A stretch of 64,000 bases of DNA from NCBI GenBank assembly GCA_021613535.1, contig CP075497.1, positions 2,790,001-2,854,000 on the forward strand, written 5' to 3'. The notes under the pieces are model-generated. The model was not told the DNA's origin. It saw nothing but the letters and a program-made list of their open reading frames with translations, and searched no databases. This DNA comes from Adineta vaga (taxonomy: Eukaryota > Animalia > Rotifera). Position 1 is the stretch's first letter. Every line of letters starts with the position of its first letter. This document shows positions 1 to 14,216 of this stretch, piece by piece. The position numbers and the translations under genes were made by a program.

Positions 1-2109
1 CTTGAAAACTAAAGAATTGAATGACTACACTATATTGATAATCTATAAAAAAAAATCAATCAGAAAGTAGAACTATCTCTAAATAGTAAAAAAAACACAT
101 GAACGACCTGAATTTCTCTATGTGCGTTTGTGTCTGTGTGTGTCAGACCAAAAAGTCACAACTCGTTTGTGTTACACCAATCAAATGCTCTTGGCACTTA
201 TTTTGTCTACTGAATTTCTTAGAGGTTTTTTTCCTATTCAATTTACCGTACGTTACGCATCACTAAACTCGTTTCACTTCTATCATCTATTACCTTGACT
301 CTTTTTTTATTTAATTTTTCTTTTTCGTTGCTATATATACATCTTATACAAGTGTTTGTGGTTTACATTAACGATGTGACAAGTAATTACTGTTTCGTCA
401 TTTTCTTTCTCCTTTTTTCTTATGATGGATGCCTTTCGATGATAATAATTATTGCTTATCGTGCCGCGAAATATATAAAAGCCTAAATTGAAGCGTTATA
501 AATGTCTTGTTCATGCACGTTAAGACAAGGTAGTAGAATCACCTTGCAAACAGTGATGGAGACATATCAAATGTCTGTACTACTTCCTGATGAAAACGGG
601 TATAAAACTTTTTATCATGAAAATTTGAACATGTCAAATATCCATTGACGATGAAACTTGACTTCCATTCTTCTTTCAGTGTATATTTTCATCTCTTGTA
701 ACAGACATCTATTTGGTTTTCATATATTGATCACAATTGTCGTTTTATAAATACATCACGAGCATCAAACGACGTGAGAATGAAAAAATATGATATAAGA
801 ATGTTTTTCTATTTGCGCTTGAAAGACAATGAATTCCAAGTGAATACATATAGAATCAATTAGAGATCTTTTCAATGAAATAGAATAGTTTGATTAAGGT
901 CTTAATCGAGACAAAATATTCGTTTGTCGGCGACATCTGTTCCTGTTATTTCGTGCGTCAAATTGAGAACTAATGAACGTTTTTTACATTCTGCGTGTAT
1001 GCATACATTTTTCTCCCTTCATATTTCTTCATCTTCCGTCGGTTGTTTCTGTTCTTTTTCAGAGAACTCGTGCACAACACAAACGAGAAGAGAAGAGTGC
1101 GAGAAGGAGGGAAAGACATGCATCTCTGTGGTCTATGTATGCTTGCTATTTCCATCAATGTTATTGTCTTTTTTGGTTACGTCTTCCATAGAATTCTTTT
1201 TTTTCCTTATCGCTCAGATCGATAAGAAAGAATCATAACATATTTTTTTGTTTAAAACAATCTGTCGAGTTATTTTAGAAACGAAGAAGAAGAAGAAGAT
1301 GATGATGATGATGAAGATCGGAATATATTTGATATTCTTATTATGTCTACTAGTTTCTCTTTTTATTCTACAGTTTATCGGGAAAAAAACGAACGATTTT
1401 GTCTCCTTTTGAGCACGTTCTGATTTCTTTTTATCAAAAAATCCCATGATACCACGAATCACAAACACTACTTCGATCGATCTGACCATTTTTCTTCTCT
1501 TCTCGTCTCTTCTTTGCTCCTCTAATACTATAACTAGTTCTTGACAACAACTATCGACATTTTCCACTCGACATCCATCAGTTTTTTAGCATATAACAGG
1601 AAGCAAAATGAATTCTAATGAATCCTTTGTTTTTCGGAAAGATCTCTTTGGTCATGCACTACGAATGTTGTTCTTTAATGTTTTTTTTTCCATTTTCTTG
1701 TGCTGCTTCTTGAGTCACTAGAAGTACTAATGGGAGATTCTCTTGTTTCTTCATAAAGCTTTCCAATGGCTTCTAAACATCACATTTCTAAAAAGGAAAA
1801 CGTCGTTTTTCGATAAACAATTAGACTATTGTGTTATGTTATGATAGGCGAAAGAATTGAATCATCATGAGAATGTCTGCATGTCAATAGTTATATTATG
1901 AATAGAAAAGATGAAAGACATAGGAGAGAGAGAGAAAAAATATAATCAACTCTTTTCACGACAAGAAACGTTGACAATCTGACATGTTATACTAAAAAAT
2001 TCTTTTCTTTTTCTTCTTCTTCTTCTTTTTTCCGTTTTGGTTTTGACTTGTTTTCTTTTGTAGTTTTAGATAAATTCACTAGTTTAATAATGCGAAACGA
2101 ATTGTAACA

Positions 2110-4739
2110 ATGATGAACTATCTAAAACGACGTTTCTCCTCAGGAGATCTTCAAAATGAACATGATGAGAGTGTCATGACAGTGCCAACATCACATGAGT
2201 CTCATTCAAATATGTCAACACAAAGTAATGTCACTCGTCAATCCGGATGGGAATCAAAATCCTCAACATATCCAAGTGCTCCGAGTTCTCCAACTCGAAA
2301 TCTGTCATTTGCTAATCAATTTATCAGCGTTGCACGTGGTGTTGTTAATCAAGCTATCCAACAAATTCCCCATCAACAAAGTGGAACAAGTGGCTTACCC
2401 ACAACTCATCATGCACCACATTATCATGCCATTCAAACTCGAGATTATCAACAAAATTCGAAAGAAAAATGTAAACTATTATTAGTCATCGATGATCAAC
2501 ATACCGATTGGTAAATATCAATCAATTTATTAGATCTAATTGAATAACAATTCTCTTAGGAGTAAATATTTCAAGGGCAAAAAAATCTTTGCTGATTATG
2601 ATATTCGAGTTGAACAGGTTCTTTATTGAATTTCATGTTGTTTTTGTATTTACATGTTGTTCGTGATAGTGATCTTCTATAAATATTTTTTCGTTCGAAT
2701 CAGTTATTTAATGATGATCACAACTGTCATTAGTTCTGACATATCATCTATTCGATCTATAAACAATCATGTTATTATTAATTAAGAAGAAAATTAGACT
2801 ATTAATACTTTCCTTTTCTCTAGGCTGAATTTAAAGATGTCAACTTAGCAGCTTATTCAGATGCAGGAACATTGGTTGATATTAATATTCATCGAAATGG
2901 TACACGTGTTGTGCGGTAGGAATCATTGATTGATTGATAAAGATTTCTTACTTTGAAAATATTGTGTTTTTGTTTAAAGATCATTTAGACCAGATTTTGT
3001 ACTTGTTCGACAATATGTTCGTGATATTAATATCGATTGGACGAATATCATTCTTGGAATGCAATATGGAGCTGTACCAGGAGTGAATTCTATGAAAGCA
3101 TTATATAATTTTCGAGATAAACCATGGATTGTAAGAATAGATAATTTCTTTTTATGAAAAGAACAATGACAAAGATGATTTTAATTTAGTTTGCAGAATT
3201 ATTAAATATTCAACGACGTTTAGGTGTAGAACAATTTCCATTGATAACTCAAGCTTATTATCCAAATTATCGAGAAATGGTGAGTGTTATTTCATCTTAT
3301 AATCATAAATAGATTCTCTATATAAATCTTTCGTTTAGCTTATATCATCACAGTTTCCAGCTGTAGTTAAAGTTGGTCATGCTCATCAAGGTTTTGGCAA
3401 AGTATACTATTTTTTTCCTTTCTTCATTAATCACGCTATTTTATTCTTATTAAGATTAAAGTTGAAAATCCACATGATTTTCAAGATTTAACCAGTGTTG
3501 TTGCCATTAGTAATTGCTATTCTACTGTGGAACCATATATTGATGGTCGCTGTGATGTTTACATACAAAAAATTGGACAATATTATAAAGCTTTTATGTA
3601 AGATAATTGATTTTATTCATAAAAAGAATTTCTTATTGACGTACGACTAAAAAAACAAGCACTTGAGATATTTACCTTCCATTAGAAGTTTTTCTGATTG
3701 ATTTGATCTGATTATTTATGTATACTTTAGACGAAAATCATTAACCGGAAATTGGAAAGCGAATACCGGTTCAGCAATGCTTGAACAAATTGAAATGACT
3801 GACAAGTATGATTGAAGTTTTTCTTTTTCAAAAATAATTTTTATTATTTAATAGATATCGATTATGGATTGATGAAATTAGTCAATTATTCGGTGGATTA
3901 GATATCTGTGCTGTAGAAATTGTTCAATCAAAAGATGGAAAAGAATATATTGTTCAGGTTTAAACGCAGCGAAATTTTCCGAACAAACTTTTTATTCGAT
4001 ATGTAAATTTAGATCAATGATTGTTGTATGCAATTATTAGGAGAAACACAGGATGAAGATCGACGTTGTATTGCAGAACTTGTCATGCACAAAATGCAAA
4101 TTTATTGTCGTCCTGATAAGCAACCGACAATGATGACGTAAGAAAGATCGATTAGAAAATGACAGAACGATGTTTTTTTTCTTCTTTGAAAATTTATCTA
4201 GACGAATACCAAGTGTTGAACAACCGATTCCTGATGTATCTAAAACTAGTAAGCCTGCATCTCCAATGACGGAATCTGTTCCACATTCAACAATGAATAT
4301 GCACAGTACATCATCAAATCATAATAATAATAATCGTCGAGAATTACCAAATGTTCCTCGAAATTCTACTCCTAATGAGAATAGAATATCGCCAAGTGCC
4401 AGTCAAAATCCATTTTATAATTCAACAACAAATACGAATACTAATAATAGTAGTAATAATCCAACTCGTACAACTCCATCACAGTGGATGGGAAATCTTG
4501 GACAAACACTTCGTCGACAAACATCGAATCTTACTGATGTAAATGAAAATAAATGTTGAAATTGATTTAATTATGAATTTGTCTACGTAGGGAGGAGAAA
4601 GTGGAAACAAAGATGAATCTGAAGATACATTAGCGAATTTAAAGAAAACTTTTGCTGGAATTTTTGGCGATATGTATGTCGATGTTTATCTTTTCTTGTC
4701 TTTTTTTATGATCTACTTCGAAATTTTAGGACATCTTGA
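2110..4739 (+). CDS. SYN: Synapsin (multi-exon)
   Basis: A-domain MNYLKRRFS with PKA site. Spliced C-domain reads [11 protein letters not shown]|[19 protein letters not shown]|AEFKD...[11 protein letters not shown]...NFRDKPWI...[13 protein letters not shown]...[14 protein letters not shown]...[11 protein letters not shown]-domain [22 protein letters not shown] introns; stop TGA 4737-4739. Confidence 0.96.
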
Positions 4740-5549
4740 TGCAAAAAAATTCAATCAATTATTCAATAATTCTCTTCCAAATAATTCAATTTCTTTCATT
4801 TAACCTGTCTTATTCCTTATTTTGTTTTGTATTTACGTGTGTGTGTGTGTGTGCCCCGAACCTGGTACTAATGTCAAACTAGACAAATATTTCTATATTT
4901 CTTGATATACCTATTCTTGATAAAACAAATAAATAATAACAAACGTCAAACTTTGTTTTGTTATTTTAGACAATATATAATGGAATAAAATCATACTTTC
5001 AATTAATATCCTATTGTATTTGATTATCGATGTGTAGAACAGTAGTATCACGGCAATATGTCAAAGTTGAATTAGTTACTTCTACGAGCGAATATATATG
5101 TGTAAAACAAATTTGATAATCTATACGATCTATAATTTGAACAATGAGAATAACCTCTATATCAATACATAGCGAATGCTATTGAACTGAAGGAAAGAAA
5201 AAAACAATAGTGTAGATTTGAAGGTTTCCGGACAGATAAGCAACGAAAACTACGACGTTTCTACGTGTGAAAAACGTAATACTTTTCGCTGTTTGTCTGC
5301 ATGGGTTGTTATGAGGTGTAAAAAAACATTTCTCGATATCATCACGTGGTTTAATACTCGCTAGTATTTTTTTTTACATTCTTTTGATTACCGACGGTTC
5401 TCAAGTAAATATTCAGTATTATTTTTGAGAGATACGATAACATGGCATTCATTTTTAGTAGGTCATTCTCAAGCATACCAACTTTATCTTTGAAAAATAG
5501 TCTATGATGGAATGTTTCTTACACGTTTATTTCTGTTAGATTTTTTAGA

Positions 5550-7518
5550 ATGTTAATTAGATCCTCTCGATCATTGTGTGTGACTATTCATGCGCAATCT
5601 ATTCGTTTTTCATCTTCTTATACAAAATTATCTTTTCCAAATACAAAATTAACTCAAAGTTACTATCATCATTCATCAGATATACCACTTCTGAATCATA
5701 CAATTGGTCAACATTTAGATCAGTTAGCACAAGCATATCCCAATCATGAATGTTATGCATTTAAAGGTGAACGAAATAAACGATATACATATAAATCATT
5801 TCTTGATGAAGTTGATAGTCTTGCAACGAGTCTTATTGAATTGGGATTTGAAAAAGGTGATCGAATTGGTGTTTGGTTACCAAATACTTCACAAAAATGT
5901 GCGATGTCCTATGCAGTATCAAAAGTTGGCCTAATTAAAGTATGTTTATCTTGATTTCTACGTGTATCTATATGTGTAGTTTTAGGTACATATCAATCCT
6001 GCATATATGGAACGTGAATTAAGTTATTGTATTAATAAAGTAGGTTGTAAAGGATTAATGATGCGACCAAATGTACGAACAATTGATTGTATTAAAATAA
6101 TGAATCAAATTGCACCGGAACTTAGTGAAAGTAAAGGTGAATTAAATGCTAAATTGGTGCCAACATTGAAACATGTGATATTAACATCAGGTGACAATGA
6201 AACAACCAGTCATGTACCATCAGGTATGCATTCGTACGATGATCTTATACGTAAAGGTGCAGGACGTAATCAAGAAGAACGACGTAAACGTGAATTACAG
6301 ATGGATGGTGATACACCTGTTGCTATTTTTTATACATCAGGAACAACCGGTCAACCGAAAGCAGCTACATTAACAAATTCAAATTTGTACGTTCATTTGG
6401 GAAAAAAATTAAACTAAATCAATGAAATAGTTTGTTATTTTAGACTGAATAGTAGTGTTCCACTCTACTATAGTCATAATCCAGCATTTATGAGTCGTGC
6501 TTGTTGTCCTATACCTGCCTTTCATATCTTTGGTGAAATTGGTGGTACTTTGAATATCAATGGGCCAGGATATTTTACAGCATTTTCATCAATGTTACCA
6601 GATACGATTGAAACAATGCGTACTATACAAGAAGAGAAATGTACCGCATTGATAGGACCACCGATCATATTTCTAGATCTTTTTAATCATCCAAAAAGAA
6701 AAGAATATAATTTGAATTCACTTTTATTTGGTATAATTGGTGCTGCTCCAGTTAATCCGGCATTAATTGAACGTTTAGAACGTGAAATTCCAATTAAAAT
6801 AATATCTCAAGCGTATGGTCAAACAGAAAATACGGGTGCTTTAGTGATGAGTGTTTATGCAGGAGATAATAAGAAACATCGATATGCATCTGCTGGTAAA
6901 GCAATGCCTCGAATAGAAATCAAAATTGCGGATGCAAATGATCGAATTTTACCGATTGGTGAAGAAGGAGAAATTTGTGGACGTGGTTTCAATATAATGA
7001 AAGGTGGAAATTCGTTTATTTTGTTTGATAACATATCTATGCTTCGTCCTCTTCTTTTTATAGGTTATTATGGAGATGAAGAGAAAACACGATCAACTAT
7101 CAGTCCAACTGGTTGGTTAAGAACAGGTGATATTGGTATAATGGATGAAGATGGTTATATTTATTATCGAACACGTCAAAAAGAGATGGTTATTATTGGT
7201 GGTTTGAATGTTTATCCAGTTGAAGTAGAAAATTTTCTTTTGGAACATCCAAATATTGGTGAAGCACAAGTATTTGGTATTCCTGATCAACGATATGGTG
7301 AAGTACTTTGTGCATGGGTTAAACCAAAAGTGAATATGAAAATTGAAAACGTTGAAGAAATCAGAGAATTCTTAGAATCAAAAGTAGCATTTTATAAAGT
7401 ACCAAAACATGTGAAAGTTATCGAATCATTTCTTCCATATATGACGCCAACTGGTAAAGTACAAAAGTTTAAATTAACAGAAGCAATGGTCAGAGATCTC
7501 AAGAAATTATCTTCATAA
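5550..7518 (+). CDS. ACSF2: AMP-binding acyl-CoA synthetase, ACSF2-like, with probable mitochondrial presequence
   Basis: P-loop FYTSGTTGQPKA, AYGQTE, GWLRTGD, GGLNVYPVEVE, TPTGKVQKFKL. Arg/Ser-rich, acid-free N-terminus. Three short introns, including a 60-nt in-frame intron at 7004-7063. Confidence 0.85.
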
Positions 7519-7795
7519 TTTTCATAATATGATGATGAAACTTTATACAAGAAGATCGATCTCATCGTGATTATGCAAAGAATATTCTTTATAAATAAAA
7601 TGAACTGTTGGTATACTAGAAGAATATTTTGTTGTTGTTTTTGCTGTAATTCGACAGTCAAATAAAATATGAATCAGCAAGAATTCATTTGCTGTCCTGA
7701 GAATCATTTCGAAATCAAAATTTCAATGAAATTTATTCGTATATAATCAGACGATTGTTTTTGTTTTCTAAACAATCGAAGCAAAATCAAAGAAA

Positions 7796-8981
7796 TTATC
7801 TTTTAGATATTTGAGTTAGAACAGATTCGAATTCTGCAAGTAAATAATTCTTTTTCTTGTCATGCAATTGATTACTTAAAGAGAAAGTTGATGTTTCTAA
7901 TGCTTGTCGTTTAGTTCTGGAGAACGTCGGATGACAGATATTCATTATCGATCGTTTTTCTATTTTTGGTACTCGATGATTGATTGATAAATTATATTTT
8001 TCATGCGTTCTCGTATTAATATTTTTCGATGAATGATCTCGAATAATAATATATGGAGCTAAATCATATGAATGAACTTTAAAAGCCAATTGTTGTCAAT
8101 CATTTCTTACCAAGTGTTTTTATCATCGGAAATAGATCATCAGTAATCATCATTTCCGAAAGATTTTTGTTTTCTTTTTCTTCTTTCTGATTGCATGTTT
8201 CTATTGAATTGTCATTCTTTTCAATATATATATTATCTTTATTTATTGACAATGCTCGATGATACTCAAATCCATCAACTTGCTGTTGTTGTTGTTGTTG
8301 TTCTCCTTCTACGAGTGTTGCTCGTTCTTGAACAAGATTATCTCGTTTCCATACTTGTACTTTATTACGTCGTACAACGATAGATTCTGTTTCATCTTCT
8401 TTTGTAGAAAATTCAATACTAGATTGAGTTCGACGAGATTTCTCACAGATAAAGTTACTTGTTAAAGCATTGAAGAAATATTGTTGATTCGAAAGTAATG
8501 TTAATGGTAAAGTTAGATTCAAAGGACTTGATGTTATCATTACTGATGATGATCTTGAAGAATCTGATTGAAGGTAATTATGATGATATTCCGGTCGATC
8601 ATTATGATTTAATAGACCATTTCGAATAAAATACTCATCGGTATAAAGTGGAAAAGATGATTGATCATGATTTTGTAAGTATGGACTAATTAAACGTTGT
8701 TCAAGAAGAAGATTATGTTTAAGATATTGAAAAATAGTTTGAAGAGCTTTTCGTAACTCAAGAAAATCTTTTTCCGATAGATGAAAATCTTTTAAATAAG
8801 AATTTAATGAAGTATACGATGATGATGATAATGAATATGTATTTTCAATTCTTTTCTGTTGATGTATCGAAAGAATAGAATGATTTTGATTGAATGCTTC
8901 CTGTTTAATTAGATTTCGCTGTTTCCGGCGATGAATAGATGGTGAGAAAAAGAATTCATTCGTATTTGAATGACGTTTCAT
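7796..8981 (-). CDS. Uncharacterised Ser/Gln-rich protein (probably 2 exons)
   Basis: 297-aa ORF 8100-8993 plus a 97-aa ORF 7796-8089 that join in frame through a very short GT..AG intron near 8110-8077. No domain recognised. Confidence 0.55.
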
Positions 8982-9466
8982 AATCAATAGCAAAGTATAG
9001 AAGAAAAAAATTCGTTCATTTCAAATAGAATAATTATTTTTTGTAAAAATATTCAATGAGAAATTTGTTTGTTTTTGAAAACCCGCCGAATAATCAAAAG
9101 GTTATCTGAATTCGTTCTTGTTTTTCTTTTACTTCATTGACTCACCGATGAATCAACATTTCTTAATTACATGTACATATCAACTTGAGATAAGCACATC
9201 AAGCCTAGAAAAAATGATCTTTGAAGTGTTTTATTATTTATTTTCACGTGTAAAGGGGTTAATATGTGATTCAGAAAAACAAACTAAAACATTGTTGCAT
9301 TCATAAACAAGATAAAATTTTATATAAAACTATCAAATCTGTGATTCATATAGTTTATCTCTTGTGCAAGATTTCATAAGTAAATAGATGTTCGAACTTC
9401 TCCTTATATAGTAAACCTATTCGATGAAATGAAATAGTAACTTAATAACAAAAACTTTAGAAACAA

Positions 9467-10968
9467 ATGGCGAATCAAAATGTGCATGTAGATGATTTCA
9501 ATGTTGCTTCTAGTGTAGAAGAAACTGAAGAAATGATTGTTAGTAAAGGTATGAAATAGATGATTGTAAATTTGTTGATAGTTTATATTGAATTATTCAG
9601 ATGAACATCAATTGACAACGACTATTCAAGAAAATGATTGTGCATCGGAATGTAGTTTTAGTACACGAAGTGAAGAAGATCTTACTCGTTCGATATTAGA
9701 AGTTGAAGCTGATGCATTTACACGATTTATTGATCGACAACGTGTTGAAGTTATGTTTGAATTACGAAATTTACGTTTAGGTGATCGACCTGTTACAGGT
9801 CAATCAAATCGCGAACGAATTGAAACTTTTCTCAATGATGTTCAAGCACGACGAGAACAAAGAACACCAGCCACACGACCTGTTGTACCCAGTGCTCATC
9901 TAGCTGATATCAATGCATTGGCAAATCGTGGATGTGTATCATCTGCTTTAAGAAGTACTGGATTTCGACAAGATTTAGAAAATGCTATTCGACGTTCAAT
10001 CGAACCACGTCAGTTGCATTGACACCACGAATTCCACTAGCACCACCGATACCACGTGCTTTAATATCTCAACCTATCGAACAACAACGATCACAATTTG
10101 AACAAAATCTTCCCATTTCACCAGTTAGACGAGAACAACAACCTCCTCAAATTACTCAACCTATAACACGCGAACCATTTAATCTTGAAAGGTATTAAAT
10201 TTCTACTCACGTAATCATATATTGATTGTATTATGTCTACAGACAAGAACGTGAATTACAAGCATGGCAAACAATCACACAATTACAACGTGAAATAATT
10301 GTCATAGAAATTAGTGATCTTGTTCATCGACAATTAGTATCCAGTGCTTTAGAAAGTGATTTTCGTACACATCTCGAACATAGTGTTTTGGTAAGTTTAA
10401 TTTATCCATATGATATTCATCTACATGTCTCCTATAGAGTCGTTTACAACAAGGAGCACCTACTGAACAGACAGCACCAACTACTATAACACCACGTATT
10501 CAACCTACACCTGCGCCACATGTTCGACCAGCAGTTCGTACATCAACAGTAAATATTCAAATTACTAGCTAAGTATTTTCTCATATAAATTTTTTACAGA
10601 ATCCTTCAACAATTAATGAACTCTCATCACGTCTTGATGACATGCAACATATGTTAAAGTTGATGTATTCAATGCAAATGGATATGCAGAGAACTCTTCG
10701 TCAAGAAGTCGCCAGTTCACTTGCAAATGCATCGACAACAACAACAATGATCTCAGCAAATCATCCAATCAATGCTGGTCATTGTACAGTCTGTTTAACT
10801 GCAATTGCTGATACAGTACTCTATCGTTGTGGTCATCTTTGTGTTTGTTATACATGTGGATTAAATCTTCGAGAAACAACTTCAACAACTCGAATGAAAT
10901 GTCCAATTTGTCGAGCACCAGTTGATGATATTCTCCGTGTTTTCCGTAGTAGTCGTGATGAAGAATAA
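9467..10968 (+). CDS. C-terminal RING-HC E3 ligase (plant PIR1/PIR2-like family) with apparent -1 frameshift near 10010
   Basis: RING: CTVC..LYRCGHLCVCYTCG..CPICRAP. Preceded by MQMDMQRTLRQEVASSL and repeated (V)SSALxSxFRxxLE motifs. Five exons. Frame break between ORFs 9588-10022 and 9932-10198. Confidence 0.8.
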
Positions 10969-11240
10969 ATGAATTTATAAGAAAAACGAAAACAAGGTTA
11001 AATTTATTCGGATAAAATTCTTCTCTGTAAATAATGACTTTTTTGTGACAAATTCACAAAACGGATACGATATGGATCGCTGTATATACAACAAATAAAT
11101 AAATTAAATAAATAAATATATGTATTTTTTTTGAAAAATCATTCTTTTTTTTGTTGTTTTGAAAACAATCGCTGATTCGCTACTTTTTTTCTGATTAATA
11201 AACATAACGAAATGGAATAGTGGATCTATCTTTTGATTTC

Positions 11241-11954
11241 TTAATAGACTGATCGTCGTCGTCGTCGTTGTTGATGTTCTTCAGCTGTCATTAGAGTATC
11301 ATCCATAATTGGAACATATGAAGCAGTTTTTGAATGTTCATCTATTAAAAATAAAGATTCAAGATTATTCAATTAAATTTAATATATAGTTAATTGACCT
11401 ACTTTCTTCTTGTGCTTCCAAGTATTTCAATAAATCTTCTCTGTTAATTGGAAGCATCATTTCATCATCATCTTCATCGTCAATGATTTCTGAAGATGTT
11501 TCATCATCATTATCAGGTATTTGAATATATTTATCATTATACATGTCATATAAATCTTCGATGGTTGGTGTTAATTCAAGATCTTCATTATCTTCATCGT
11601 AACTATCTTCGACAACTGGTTTTCCGACATGTGCTTCAACTTTTTCAGCGATTGGACGATTGACTGGTTTAGCAGCAACAGTATCTTTATGTTCTTCTTC
11701 TTTATTATTTGTTGATTCAACAATCGAATTAGATGTTGCATGTTCACCGGCAAGTTCTTTCAAAAGACGACCGGCAATTTCATGTGCCTTTTGATGTTTA
11801 GCTTCTTCTGTAGCGGGCACAACTAAACACATAAGAAGAATTCAACATACAAATAAAACATTTCAAATCAATTCTTACCAGGTTTAATAGGAGCAGCAAT
11901 AATCAATGAATAGGCACAGAGAATAGTAAAGAGATAGAAAGGAATGTATTGCAT
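11241..11954 (-). CDS. Secreted acidic precursor protein ending in RRRRSVY
   Basis: Exon 1 is a signal peptide (MQYIPFYLFTILCAYSLIIA-APIKP) followed by gtaag. Exon 2 is the D/E-rich ORF 11365-11832. Exon 3 reads DEHSKTASYVPIMDDTLMTAEEHQQRRRRSVY*. Confidence 0.75.
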
Positions 11955-14216
11955 GATTGAATCTCTGTAAAAACACAGTAGGAATGGTATTCAAAGACGA
12001 AGACTTCAGAAAGAAGTACTTACCAAGTTGTATAAGTGCGTATGATTGTAAGCGCGGTTGTTCGGACTTATGCGTTCAGAAGTAATGACATTGTTCTCTT
12101 CCTCCGTTCTCGGTATGGTAAGAACGTGGGTGGAAAGCGGTGGTAGGCGTTTGACGCGAAAATTGAATACGGAACGAGAAGAAAAAGAACGTAGAAGAAA
12201 ACACAAAAGCAAGAGTATGTACGTCATTCATTTTTATTCCTTCTTCTTCTTCTTCTTTCGGCAAACATTGTCTCTACGCTTATACTTCTATGTTAATTAT
12301 GTGGGTGGATGTTTTTCTCATTCTTTCAAGAATGAAAGAAGTCGGCAGTTAAAATGTCACATAGAAATATCGGCACATACAGAACACAACTAATCTTTCA
12401 TGTAATTATTAGGAAAACAATATTTGATGAAAGAGTTATGATTTTAAATTAACTGTTGCATCTGTTACGTGCTAAAAAATCACGATTAAAAGTTACAGAA
12501 TCATAAAATCAAGTATCAATATTGATAACGATGTCAAATGATTAAGCATATATAATGAGATATTCGTCGAAAACAATTCAAAATATATTTTTTTTTCATA
12601 TGTTGATTACTCAAGTAATCTATATATTAATTTCGTATTTCTAATTATCTTCCGAAGATTTATTAAAATTCGTACAACTTTTCTACAGCAATCTATTGGT
12701 TTGAACTCTTATTTCAGGAAGGATGTTATGGTAAAAGAGTGGAATGATTATAGTACTACTATTGATTCTGAAAATATCACGATATTTGTTATGAAACATC
12801 ACAAAACAATCTGTAACAATCTAAATCTTGTTCGAACCTAAGAATCCATGACTTTTTGGATCTAAATGTATCATAGATCGCCAGTAAGAGATTCTTCCAA
12901 GTAAAAAATTGTAAAAGAGGAAGACATCGTTCTATTTTAATTATCAATCTATTGTTCATATTTTGACTATTTCTGATATAAATAAACTACTCTTCTTAAA
13001 GACAAAGTCATGATATTTCAATCAACAGAGCACTTTCTGAAGATCGACATAAGAAAGATGACGTCAATGATATCTACATCTATTATTACCGAATAGTGAC
13101 ATATATTTTTCTGAATAGATGAATACATTCTATTAATTCAAATCAAATTGAAGGTGTCGATTGAAAGTATTAACGGAGACTTTGATGTTTTCTCGTCCTT
13201 TGCCGATCATAGTATGTGATGTTCGTAATCAAAGTAATGCAATTTACAGTTTTATTCTATGAAGATTTCTTCTTCATAAACGATTAAATAAAAATTTAAC
13301 AATTGAATTAGTACATTGTCATTTGTGATTATATTATCAATTTAAACATGAAGTTTAGCATAATAGTTGTGATGAAACGCCTACGACAAGATATTACGTG
13401 ATATTTTTTTGTTTGTTTATAAAACAAAAATAATTCTCCAAAGTATTACACTAATACCATTGAGCTATAAATAAGTTTTTTATTAGTGGTAATCATTATC
13501 TTGCGAGGGCATGTATTTGTCTTATTTTATCTAATGATATCAAAACTAGATTAATTTCATGATTTACAACATAAAGCAACACTGAAGTATCAATCCAAAA
13601 TATGGATAATATACCTCCGATGAAGATAACCGAGTAACACATTTTATTAAAAAACTAAATTAATAATGAAATATTTTCATATTTAGAGAAAATGCATCGT
13701 CAGGAACCCGAGAAAAAGGGGATGAGGATATATTGTGCACTTTTATTCCTGCATATTGAAACAGACTGGTAAAGAAAACAATTGTAATGAAATAGTTTTT
13801 TCGTTTAATTCATTCATTAATGAAATAATATAATCATTGAAGCATAACATAATACCCTCGAGAACTTCTTTTTACCCAAATAGCACGTGATAACAAAATA
13901 AATAAATGAAAAGAAAGAGAGAGAATGAGAGAAAGAGGTCGCTAGTATCGGCCGATATGAGCGTCATCTAAGTTAATAACTGTCATTGCTAGTAGCTCTG
14001 TTTATACATGATGATGCATAGATGATTCGATTTTTTTTCAAACTGACCAATCGTTAGCAGTTTCTCGAACATTCTTTGCACTTTCTCTCTTTTTCTCAAA
14101 AAAAATCTCTCGTTTAAAATTCTCAGCACACATTCACTCAGATATGAAGAATGAAAATATTCATTTATTTAACTTAACGGAAGAAATTTCATTTCGTTTT
14201 CTTTTCAGAAGATAAA

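Noticed and set aside
295-1567. Cluster of overlapping short ORFs upstream of synapsin
   Set aside because: F/L/K-rich translations of low-complexity AT-rich sequence in several frames; more likely promoter, 5' UTR and intron of synapsin.
7004-7063. Apparent 20-aa insertion in the acyl-CoA synthetase
   Set aside because: A 60-nt GT-AG intron without a stop; removing it restores the canonical MKGYY motif.
12400-14000. Long gene-free interval, checked for a transposon, ncRNA or pseudogene
   Set aside because: No terminal repeats, recognisable ORF or structured RNA seen; consistent with divergent regulatory sequence.
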